Positions 29,679 through 37,931 of a DNA stretch of 64,000 nucleotides are shown piece after piece. The position numbers and the translations under genes are program-made. The notes beneath the pieces are model-generated. The model had not been told where the DNA came from. It made no database searches and saw nothing but the letters and a program-made list of their open reading frames with translations. The DNA comes from an uncultured Candidatus Saccharibacteria bacterium (GTDB lineage Bacteria; Patescibacteriota; Dojkabacteria; JAOAGR01): NCBI GenBank assembly GCA_964503755.1, contig CAZDBO010000001.1, positions 92,285 to 156,284 of the forward strand. The letters run 5' to 3'. The stretch's first letter is position 1; each line of letters opens with the position of its first letter.

Positions 29679-30110
29679 ATGAAAAAAACAACATCGCTAA
29701 AAAAATCTGATGTAAGTAAAAATTGGCTTCTTGTTGATGCTTCCGATCAAATACTTGGCAGGCTTGCTTCTAAGATTTCTCTTATTTTGCAAGGCAAGAA
29801 TAAGCCAAACTATGCACCAAATTTGGATTGTGGTGATTATGTAGTTGTGATTAATGCAGAAAAGATAAAAGTAACAGGTGATAAACTGAATTCAAAAATA
29901 TATCGAAAGCATTCCGGATATATTGGTGGATTAAAAGAAAAGACATTAGAACAATTAATGACTAAAAATCCTACTGTCGTTTTACGTAATGCAGTATATA
30001 GGATGTTACCCAAAAATAGAATGCGAGATGTGTATATATCTAAATTAAAAATTTATGCTGGATCAGAACATCCGCATGTTGCACAAAAACCAGAAATGAT
30101 AGAGATATAA
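29679..30110 (+). CDS. rplM: 50S ribosomal protein L13
   Basis: 143 aa. WLLVDASDQILGRLASKISLILQGK. Confidence 0.95.
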   Translation: MKKTTSLKKSDVSKNWLLVDASDQILGRLASKISLILQGKNKPNYAPNLDCGDYVVVINAEKIKVTGDKLNSKIYRKHSGYIGGLKEKTLEQLMTKNPTVVLRNAVYRMLPKNRMRDVYISKLKIYAGSEHPHVAQKPEMIEI

Positions 30111-30122
30111 TAAAACATCGTT

Positions 30123-30539
30123 ATGAAAGCAATTGAAAATACAAACGAAAAAAAACACATTCAGTACGCAGTAGGTAGAAGAAAAAGAGCTTCCGCTCGT
30201 GTAAGAATGTACGAAGGAGAAGGAAAGGTAACTATCAATGGAAAAAGTTTAGAGAAATTGGGAGTATCAAAGATAAAAATAAAAGAGGTTTTTGATGTTA
30301 TTTTTAATACGGAATTATTCAAAAATTATGATTTTTCTGTAAAAGTAGTAGGAGGTGGAGTATATGCTCAGTTAGAAGCTGCAAGGCATGGTATAGCAAG
30401 ATGTATAGCAAAACTTAGTGATGATGCTAAACAAACAATGAGAAAATTAGGTCTTTTGACAAGAGATCCTAGAGAAAAGGAAAGAAAAAAAGTTTACCTT
30501 GTAAGAGCTCGCAAAGCTCCACAATATTCGAAGCGTTAG
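30123..30539 (+). CDS. rpsI: 30S ribosomal protein S9
   Basis: 138 aa. C-terminal DPREKERKKVYLVRARKAPQYSKR. Confidence 0.95.
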   Translation: MKAIENTNEKKHIQYAVGRRKRASARVRMYEGEGKVTINGKSLEKLGVSKIKIKEVFDVIFNTELFKNYDFSVKVVGGGVYAQLEAARHGIARCIAKLSDDAKQTMRKLGLLTRDPREKERKKVYLVRARKAPQYSKR

Positions 30540-30566
30540 TGTATTTGTGATACAATTATTTACCAT

Positions 30567-30642
30567 GTCGAGGTAGCTCAGTTGGTAGAGCGAGGGACTG
30601 AAAATCCCTGCGTCGCGGGTTCAAGTCCCGCCCTTGACACCA
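30567..30642 (+). tRNA. tRNA-Phe (anticodon GAA)
   Basis: Hand-folded. Acceptor GTCGAGG/CCTTGAC; D-loop AGTTGGTA; anticodon loop CTGAAAA; T-loop TTCAAGT; encoded CCA. Confidence 0.85.
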
Positions 30643-30659
30643 TTTAATTATATTTATTT

Positions 30660-30736
30660 GAGTGCTTAGCTCAGCTGGCTAGAGCATCTCGTTTACACCG
30701 AGAAGGTCGGGGGTTCAAGTCCCTCAGCACTCACCA
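30660..30736 (+). tRNA. tRNA-Val (anticodon UAC)
   Basis: Hand-folded. Acceptor GAGTGCT/AGCACTC; anticodon loop TTTACAC; T-loop TTCAAGT; encoded CCA. Confidence 0.85.
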
Positions 30737-31136
30737 CTATAGAATTTCTTGTTTATGTTATACATTTACTTATATTTAAATCTAATAAAATCATTTTAAG
30801 TAGTTAAATTATAATTTAGGTTCAATTTTAAATTTTTAGCATATGCAAAACTAAGGTTTTTAAATTGAGTTCTTGGTTGTAAGTAGTTATTATTTTTGAA
30901 CAGGAGATAAATCATTACGATTTGATGTATAGGTTATCTAAATTAATTTGTTTTTCAATAAATCTGATATTTTAAGATCTAGTGTAATTATTAACTAAGT
31001 TTTCAGAAGATTAAAATAATATGCGTATTTTTCTTAATAATAATTTATTTAGTTCGTTCGATTTTTGATAATATTATTTGATTTTCTATTATGATATAAA
31101 TTTTGTAACTTTTCCTATAAAATTTATTAGTTTTGC

Positions 31137-33428
31137 ATGGCTAAGAAAAAGCAAATAACAATAAAAGATCCGGAGACTAGAGGTATATTTGGCATTATTT
31201 GTCTAGCTTTATCATTACTTTTAGGAGCTAGTATTTTTTTTCAATCGCCTATCATTCATTTTATAAAACGTTATTTCGGTATAGGGGTTTTGGTGATGAC
31301 TATTTTTTTGTTTTTGTTATCTTTGCGATTGCTTGGAGCCAAGAAAAAATATAATACACCAAAAGTTTTGTTTTTTATATTGTTATTTTTATTTAGTTTG
31401 CTTCCTTTAGTCCATATATTCGCAGATCCTTTGCGTACCTTCGAGATAGCTAACTCAGGAGATTTTGGTGGATTAATTGGTTATTATTTATTGCAACAAC
31501 TCAGAGTTTTAGGGCTTGAAGTAAGTTTTATTTTGCTTGCACTATCAACAATATTATCTTTATTGATGGCATTAAATATTTCATTTGAGCAGATAGGTAA
31601 TTTCCTTTCTTGGTCTTTTGAACTTTTTATTAAAATAATCAATTTTTTTGTACAAATATCAATAAAAGTAATATTATTTTTCCAAAAGGTTTTAGAAAAA
31701 AAGAAAGGTCTTGAAGTTAATGTTTCTATTCAAAAAAATGAGAAAACTAAAAAAATTGATAGTAAGAATGCGGATGAATCGAAATCTGAAGAAGTTGCTA
31801 TCAATCTATCACCGATAAAAATGGTAAGTGATATTTCTACTGCTGTTAAATCTTTTACAGAGCCTAAACCAGAGGTTGAGATTAAAATTAAGGATGATAA
31901 AACAAACCCAGAAAATCTTATAAAAAAAACAAATTTACAACCTGTGCCCCTAGATTTGTCATTAAGACAGTACCCTAATTGGCAATTACCCCCTTTGGAT
32001 ATATTAGATCCTATAAAACCAAAACAACAAGATACCAAAGAGGTAATAGAAAGAAAAGCAAGAGCGATTATAGAAACCTTAAATAGTTTTAATATTAAAG
32101 CGGAAATTTTAGGTTATTCTATAGGACCTACTGTTACACAATTTTTTATTGATCCAGCTGCTGGTATTAAATTTTCGAAGATTGCTAATTTATCAAAAGA
32201 TTTAGCATTGACGCTAGCATCGCCATCAGATCTACGTATAGAGCTTGTACCTGGTAAATCATATATTGGTATTGATGTACCAAATGATATTAGACAAACA
32301 ACACAATTACGTGAAGCCATAAAACCCATTTATGATAATCCAAACAAATATACTCTTGGATTGGCTGTAGGTATAGATATACAAGGCAATCCTGTATGTA
32401 GGGATCTAGCATCAGCCCCTCATCTTTTAGTTGCTGGTGCTACTGGGCAAGGAAAATCCGTTCTAGTTAATGCGTTTATTATTAGCTTACTGATGAGAAA
32501 AACACCTGATGAATTAAAGTTTATTTTGATCGATCCCAAGATGGTGGAAATGGCACCATACGATGGGATTCCTCACCTGCTTACTCCACCCATAACAGAC
32601 ATGTCAAAAGCCTCCTCAGCTCTCAAATGGGCTGTCAATGAGATGGAAGAACGCTATAAGATATTAAAAGAAGCTGGAGTGAGAAATATTGCAGATTATA
32701 TCGCAATAACAGGTAAATTGATGCCTTATATAGTAATCATTGTTGATGAGTTTTCTGATTTGATGATGCAATATAGACAAGATGTGGAGACTTCTATCAT
32801 TCGTCTTGCTCAGAAGTCACGTGCGGTTGGAATACATTTGATAATTGCTACACAGAGACCTACTGCTGATGTAATTACCGGACTTATTAAATCAAATATA
32901 CCTGCACGTATTGCACTTGCTGTTGCTTCTTCTGTGGATTCGCGAGTGATTTTGGATTCTATTGGTGCTGAGACACTTCTTGGGAAAGGAGACCTTTTGG
33001 TAAAAACAGCAGATGATCTCAAACCCAGTAGAGTACAGGGAGTATTTATTGACGATAAAGGAGAAAATAGTGAATTTTATCGAATTTTAAATTTTATTAA
33101 GAAGCAAGCTCCAAATGTCGTATACAATGACGAAAGTATCTTAAAGGCTGGAGTAGAGGCTGACACCATAAATGGCGAAGTAATGTCAGACGATCCATTA
33201 TTTAGACAGGCAGCTGAGATTGTGGTATCAGCACAAAAAGGTTCCGCATCTCTCTTGCAAACAAAAATGAAAATTGGATATGCTCGTGCTGCAAGATTGA
33301 TTGATGAATTAGAAATGGCTGGTATTGTCGGACCACAAGACGGACCAAGGCCTAGAGAGGTTTTGATATCCTCACTAGAAGCTTTAGATGCGTTTTTTAA
33401 TCAAAGAGATGAAGTAGCAAATAATTGA
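31137..33428 (+). CDS. ftsK: DNA translocase FtsK/SpoIIIE
   Basis: 763 aa. N-terminal TM segments. Walker A GATGQGKSV. C-terminal gamma (winged-helix) domain. Confidence 0.9.
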   Translation: MAKKKQITIKDPETRGIFGIICLALSLLLGASIFFQSPIIHFIKRYFGIGVLVMTIFLFLLSLRLLGAKKKYNTPKVLFFILLFLFSLLPLVHIFADPLRTFEIANSGDFGGLIGYYLLQQLRVLGLEVSFILLALSTILSLLMALNISFEQIGNFLSWSFELFIKIINFFVQISIKVILFFQKVLEKKKGLEVNVSIQKNEKTKKIDSKNADESKSEEVAINLSPIKMVSDISTAVKSFTEPKPEVEIKIKDDKTNPENLIKKTNLQPVPLDLSLRQYPNWQLPPLDILDPIKPKQQDTKEVIERKARAIIETLNSFNIKAEILGYSIGPTVTQFFIDPAAGIKFSKIANLSKDLALTLASPSDLRIELVPGKSYIGIDVPNDIRQTTQLREAIKPIYDNPNKYTLGLAVGIDIQGNPVCRDLASAPHLLVAGATGQGKSVLVNAFIISLLMRKTPDELKFILIDPKMVEMAPYDGIPHLLTPPITDMSKASSALKWAVNEMEERYKILKEAGVRNIADYIAITGKLMPYIVIIVDEFSDLMMQYRQDVETSIIRLAQKSRAVGIHLIIATQRPTADVITGLIKSNIPARIALAVASSVDSRVILDSIGAETLLGKGDLLVKTADDLKPSRVQGVFIDDKGENSEFYRILNFIKKQAPNVVYNDESILKAGVEADTINGEVMSDDPLFRQAAEIVVSAQKGSASLLQTKMKIGYARAARLIDELEMAGIVGPQDGPRPREVLISSLEALDAFFNQRDEVANN

Positions 33429-33450
33429 TAGGCAGATTATAATTTTCGAT

Positions 33451-34041
33451 ATGAAAGAAGGTAAAAAAAATCAAAAAATAAAAAAATTGGATAAACAATT
33501 CGATGGTGCTACAAACGAAGAAAAGTTTAATGAAAAGCCGTTGAATAATGATAATGATTTAGACGAACACGGAATAAATGATTCTAAGGTAGATCAAAAT
33601 TTTCAAGAACATACTCAGGAACAAATAGAAGATTATAAAGATAAATATATTCGACTGCAGGCAGAATTTGCTAATTTTGCTCGACAAAAGGAACAAGAGA
33701 TTTTATCAGCTACTAATTTTGCCAAAAATAATATATTACTTAGGGTTTTAGAAGTTATAGATGACATCGAAGCCTATCTAACACAGGAAAATATAAATGA
33801 AGAAGTAAAGAATATTTTAAGTATTTTACTAGCTAAACTGAATCTTCTTATAACTCTTGAGGGAGTAACTGTAGTAGAAATTAATCCTGGTGATGATTTT
33901 GACTATACAATAGCCGAGGTTGTAGATACCACTCCATCTCAAGATGAATCCCAAAAAGGTAAAGTAGCTTATGTGATCAAGAAATGCTATAAAATTTATG
34001 ACAAAGTTTTAAGAACGGCAAAAATCATCGTTTTTAAATAA
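33451..34041 (+). CDS. grpE: nucleotide exchange factor GrpE
   Basis: 196 aa. YIRLQAEFANFARQ coiled coil and C-terminal beta domain (VAYVIKKCYKIYDKVLRTAKIIV). Confidence 0.8.
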   Translation: MKEGKKNQKIKKLDKQFDGATNEEKFNEKPLNNDNDLDEHGINDSKVDQNFQEHTQEQIEDYKDKYIRLQAEFANFARQKEQEILSATNFAKNNILLRVLEVIDDIEAYLTQENINEEVKNILSILLAKLNLLITLEGVTVVEINPGDDFDYTIAEVVDTTPSQDESQKGKVAYVIKKCYKIYDKVLRTAKIIVFK

Positions 34042-34925
34042 TGAAAAAATATATCAGGAAACGTATACTGCGTATAAAATATACTGATCTTATACAGCCA
34101 TTAGTGACTTTAATAATTGTTGGTTTGATAGGATTTCTAGTATTTAACATGTTCACTGGTGGTCAAGAGCAGGAGCAAAGAGTTATAAAAGAAATTTATA
34201 AAATATTTACTTTCGATGAAATGGTTCAAAATATGACCACCGGCAAACTACAAATACTTACCAATGGAGTCATATATTTTTATACTGATAACAACTCTGC
34301 TTCTGCTCAGACAGCGAATACACAAAATACAAGCACAGTTACTCTAACTCAGGTACAATCTACACCTTCTCAAAATAAAGACACTTTGATAGAAAGAAAA
34401 TTAGATAATCACTATTTTTATATTGATAACGGAAAATTGATCAGAGTAGAGGATAGAAATTTCGGTGCCAATAATACAATTTTCATTGATAGGGATGGTT
34501 CAGTTGTTGTTGCTTCTGGATTGACAGGTAAATATATTAGGTATCCTGAACCGGCTGATGATGAAAGTGATGAAATAAAATCAATTTTCTTCGGAGTGAA
34601 GAACTTCGTTACAAGTATTTATCCAATAGGCGCATTGATTGATGATTATAAAAATGAGAGATTTTTCCCAGTGGAAAGAGCTAATAACATATTTAGTGGA
34701 AAATGGAGACATCCTCTTTTTACATCAGATAAAGTATTAAATATAATTATAAGTATAGATGGTGCTACAGGTTTTGTTGATACAATGAAGATAGCTACAG
34801 TGCCAGAAACTTCGATTACATTTCAGGTTAGAAAATTAACTGAAAATCATGATTTGTATTTTTTACCACAAGGATATAAAGAACAAGAATTGGATTACAA
34901 ATATCGAACAAAAAATAATACATAG
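34041..34925 (+). CDS. hypothetical membrane-anchored (N-terminal TM) extracytoplasmic protein
   Basis: 294 aa. One N-terminal TM helix (LVTLIIVGLIGFLVF). No recognisable domain. Confidence 0.4.
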   Translation: MKKYIRKRILRIKYTDLIQPLVTLIIVGLIGFLVFNMFTGGQEQEQRVIKEIYKIFTFDEMVQNMTTGKLQILTNGVIYFYTDNNSASAQTANTQNTSTVTLTQVQSTPSQNKDTLIERKLDNHYFYIDNGKLIRVEDRNFGANNTIFIDRDGSVVVASGLTGKYIRYPEPADDESDEIKSIFFGVKNFVTSIYPIGALIDDYKNERFFPVERANNIFSGKWRHPLFTSDKVLNIIISIDGATGFVDTMKIATVPETSITFQVRKLTENHDLYFLPQGYKEQELDYKYRTKNNT

Positions 34926-34928
34926 AAA

Positions 34929-36869
34929 TTATTTTATCCATCTACAGTTAAGTTTTTGGTTATTTTCTAGATTAACTATATTTGGACATACAGATCTGTG
35001 TATTTTGATGCCACTAAATCGTGTAACAACTGCAATAATTTCATCGCCAAAAATCGGCTTACAGCATTTTCCAAAGTTATATTCACAATTTTCCAGTCCA
35101 TCAATAATTATAGTTTTGTTAGTTTTGTTTGTAACGGATGTTGATTTCTTATTTTGTTTAGAGAATTTAACGATATTGTTATTATCTTTATATATTATTA
35201 TCTCTTTAATTATAGATTCTAATGTTCGACTTTTGATCCATCCCTGGGCTGTACGGACAAATAAAGTTTCCTCGCTATCCAAATTTAGTTTTTGTATTAT
35301 TTTTTCTTTATTTTCACTTGTAATTTTTTTCCATGAAAGACTAAAGTGTTCATTTAACAAAAAATCTAATTTTATTTTTCCTATATTGATGAGTTCTTCC
35401 TTTTGTGCAAATTTACGATATTCAGTTCTGATTTTATCTTTTGTAGATTTCATTTTGGCTATTTCAAGCCATAATAAGGAAGGTTTTTTGTTTGTTTTAG
35501 AAGTAATAATCTCTACAATATCCCCATTATTCAAAATATGATCCATTTTTACATGAGCATTGTTTACTTTTGCACGGATAAAATTGTTACCAACTGCAGT
35601 ATGGATTGCATATGCGAAATCTATTGGGGTTGACCCTTTTTCTAATTCGATGATTTTGCCTTTTGGGGTGATTACAAAAATCCTGTCATCAAACAGATTT
35701 ATGCTATAGTCAATTCCTTGAGACCATTTATTTAAATCTTCGGTCCAACTGTATTCGCTATTAGCAAGTGCATGTTTGCGATTTGCCAATTTATAAGCTA
35801 TGTGTGAAGCCGGTCCAAATTCGTTATAATGATGCATGTCGTCAGTTTTGATTTGTATTTCTACAAAATGATGACCATATTGGATCGTGGTTTGTAAAGA
35901 TTTATACCCGTTTGGCTTCGGTTTGGCTATATAATCATCAAATTCGCCTGGTAAGTAGTCTAAGTTTTGATGAACAATGCCAAGTATTGTATAACAATCT
36001 TTAGGTTCCCCAGTTATAACTACAGATATTGCTATAAGATCCTTTATTCTGTTAATTTTGTCTAGGTCAAATTCCTTTATTTTACCCTCGCGAATATATT
36101 TATGTATTTTATTGTAAATTGAATAAACGGATTTAATCCTACCGAATATTCGATAAGGAAATGATATATTATTAATTTTAATCAGTTCATCAACTTTTTT
36201 AATTATTTTGTCTAAAGTAGAAGGATTAATTTTGATCTTTTCCTGAACTACACGTTTTATATTGTTATAAAGTATTGGATCTTTCTTAAAAAATGCTATA
36301 TCTTCAAGCTCTCTTTTCCAAGAGTGTATACCTATATATTCGCAAAGTTGTACATATACATTGAGAGTTTCTACTCCATACCTTTGTTGTTTTTCTGGTT
36401 TTAATGCGTCAATAGTACGCATATTATCAAGTCGATCAGCAAGTTTTATAAGTAAAATTCTTATATCCTGTACCGATCTAACAATTAGCTTTCTTAAATT
36501 ATCAAATTCTGCATATCTTTCTAGTGATTTATCTGCTATAGCATCTACTTTTGTGACTCCATCGACAAGTGTTGCTATTTCCCAGCCAAATCTTTCAGCA
36601 ATATACTTTTTGTCAACATTACAATATTCAATAGTGTCATGAAGTAGGGAAGCACAAACTGCTTCTTCACTAATGCCAAGTTTTGCTGTATCAATAGCTA
36701 CTCTTAAAGGATGAACTATATACGGATCACCACTTTTACGGATTTGTCCTTCGTGTAATTTGTATGCCTCTTTAAATGAGTTTAAAATAAGGTTCGTATC
36801 ATATCCTTTCTCCGAACATATATTTAACAATTCTTCTTTAAGTGATGGAATGTCGTTATTAACTTTCAT
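34929..36869 (-). CDS. rel: bifunctional (p)ppGpp synthetase/hydrolase Rel (no C-terminal ACT/RRM domain)
   Basis: 646 aa. HD hydrolase (HPLRVAI, LLHDTIE), RelA/SpoT synthetase, TGS (DFAYAIHTAVGN) and zinc-finger domain (CxxxxxCCKPIFGDEIIAVVTRFSGIKIHRSVCPN). Ends right after the zinc-finger domain. Confidence 0.85.
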   Translation of the reverse strand: MKVNNDIPSLKEELLNICSEKGYDTNLILNSFKEAYKLHEGQIRKSGDPYIVHPLRVAIDTAKLGISEEAVCASLLHDTIEYCNVDKKYIAERFGWEIATLVDGVTKVDAIADKSLERYAEFDNLRKLIVRSVQDIRILLIKLADRLDNMRTIDALKPEKQQRYGVETLNVYVQLCEYIGIHSWKRELEDIAFFKKDPILYNNIKRVVQEKIKINPSTLDKIIKKVDELIKINNISFPYRIFGRIKSVYSIYNKIHKYIREGKIKEFDLDKINRIKDLIAISVVITGEPKDCYTILGIVHQNLDYLPGEFDDYIAKPKPNGYKSLQTTIQYGHHFVEIQIKTDDMHHYNEFGPASHIAYKLANRKHALANSEYSWTEDLNKWSQGIDYSINLFDDRIFVITPKGKIIELEKGSTPIDFAYAIHTAVGNNFIRAKVNNAHVKMDHILNNGDIVEIITSKTNKKPSLLWLEIAKMKSTKDKIRTEYRKFAQKEELINIGKIKLDFLLNEHFSLSWKKITSENKEKIIQKLNLDSEETLFVRTAQGWIKSRTLESIIKEIIIYKDNNNIVKFSKQNKKSTSVTNKTNKTIIIDGLENCEYNFGKCCKPIFGDEIIAVVTRFSGIKIHRSVCPNIVNLENNQKLNCRWIK

Positions 36870-37875
36870 AGTTTATAAAATATTTTGTACTTTTTCCGTT
36901 TCCTTCCGACTTTAATATACCCTTATCAGATAAGTATATTAAGTCTCGATAAGCTGTCATTGGAGATACTTTAAATAATTTGCAATATTCATTGCGGTTA
37001 ATATAAACTTTTTTTCTTAAAATATTAATTAGATTAATCTGTCTTTCATTGAGATCTAAATTTTTTAGTTTGTTTTCAAATACAGCATATGAAGTTCTAT
37101 TTTTTGATTCAAGTATGTTATAAAATTCTTTTGATATGAGGTTTATTAGTTCTGTTACAAAGTTTTCCGAATTAATATTTTTTTTAATAAAATTATTTAA
37201 ATTTGTTATCTGTAAAATAGAGGATGCTGTTGGAATTGTACCGTCTAGATCATATTGATAATTATGTAGTACTAGTTTAAATAGCAATAATCCTACAATG
37301 AAATTAAATGCATAAAATGGAGCGGTGCTAATTATTAGTGAAAATATTATTATAGACTTAATGAGTGGGTGAGTTTCTTTTTTTACGGAAGCGTAATTTA
37401 TTGCTTCTATGATTATATTATTTATATTATCAATCTTTGGGTATTGCAAAAAATCTGGATCATAAGCTTCTTTATGATTTATCTTATCAAATATATTTCT
37501 TGTTCGACTAATATATATCTCGCTTATGATGTTTTTTTGTATCAATCTTAATATCTGTTGTAAGTCATAAAAATTTATTTCTGTTGTAGTACTTTTGTTT
37601 AATAAATACTGATTGGCATCAAAATAATTTTTTACTATCCATTCTTCTTTGGTCTTGGATATACCAGTGTTAATAATTTTTCTTATATCACATTTATTTC
37701 TTTGTATTTTAATCAAATCACAAATATATGATATTTCTTCTTCTACAGATATGTTTTGTAGATCTTCTAATCTTTTTTTATTATTTTTTGTTATTTTATT
37801 TATATAATATATAAGAGCTTCTATTTTAGATATATAAATTAGAGCAGAATCACTTATCGTATACAAGATATCCAT
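36859..37875 (-). CDS. Fic-fold protein with degenerate active-site motif and C-terminal winged-HTH
   Basis: 338 aa. Fic-like helical core (HPLIKS...STAPFYAFNFIVGLLL where HPFxDGNGRxxR is expected). C-terminal KLFKVSPMTAYRDLIYLSDKGIL HTH. The stop overlaps the rel start by 11 nt. Confidence 0.45.
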   Translation of the reverse strand: MDILYTISDSALIYISKIEALIYYINKITKNNKKRLEDLQNISVEEEISYICDLIKIQRNKCDIRKIINTGISKTKEEWIVKNYFDANQYLLNKSTTTEINFYDLQQILRLIQKNIISEIYISRTRNIFDKINHKEAYDPDFLQYPKIDNINNIIIEAINYASVKKETHPLIKSIIIFSLIISTAPFYAFNFIVGLLLFKLVLHNYQYDLDGTIPTASSILQITNLNNFIKKNINSENFVTELINLISKEFYNILESKNRTSYAVFENKLKNLDLNERQINLINILRKKVYINRNEYCKLFKVSPMTAYRDLIYLSDKGILKSEGNGKSTKYFINYES

Positions 37876-37931
37876 TATAAATAAATTATAACATCACACA
37901 TACAGTTCTAACTTTGTCACAATATATCTTT

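Noticed and set aside
34849-35541. 230-aa plus-strand ORF
   Set aside because: Entirely antisense to the 3' half of rel. Its translation is hydrophobic low-complexity. Rel homology on the opposite strand is unambiguous.
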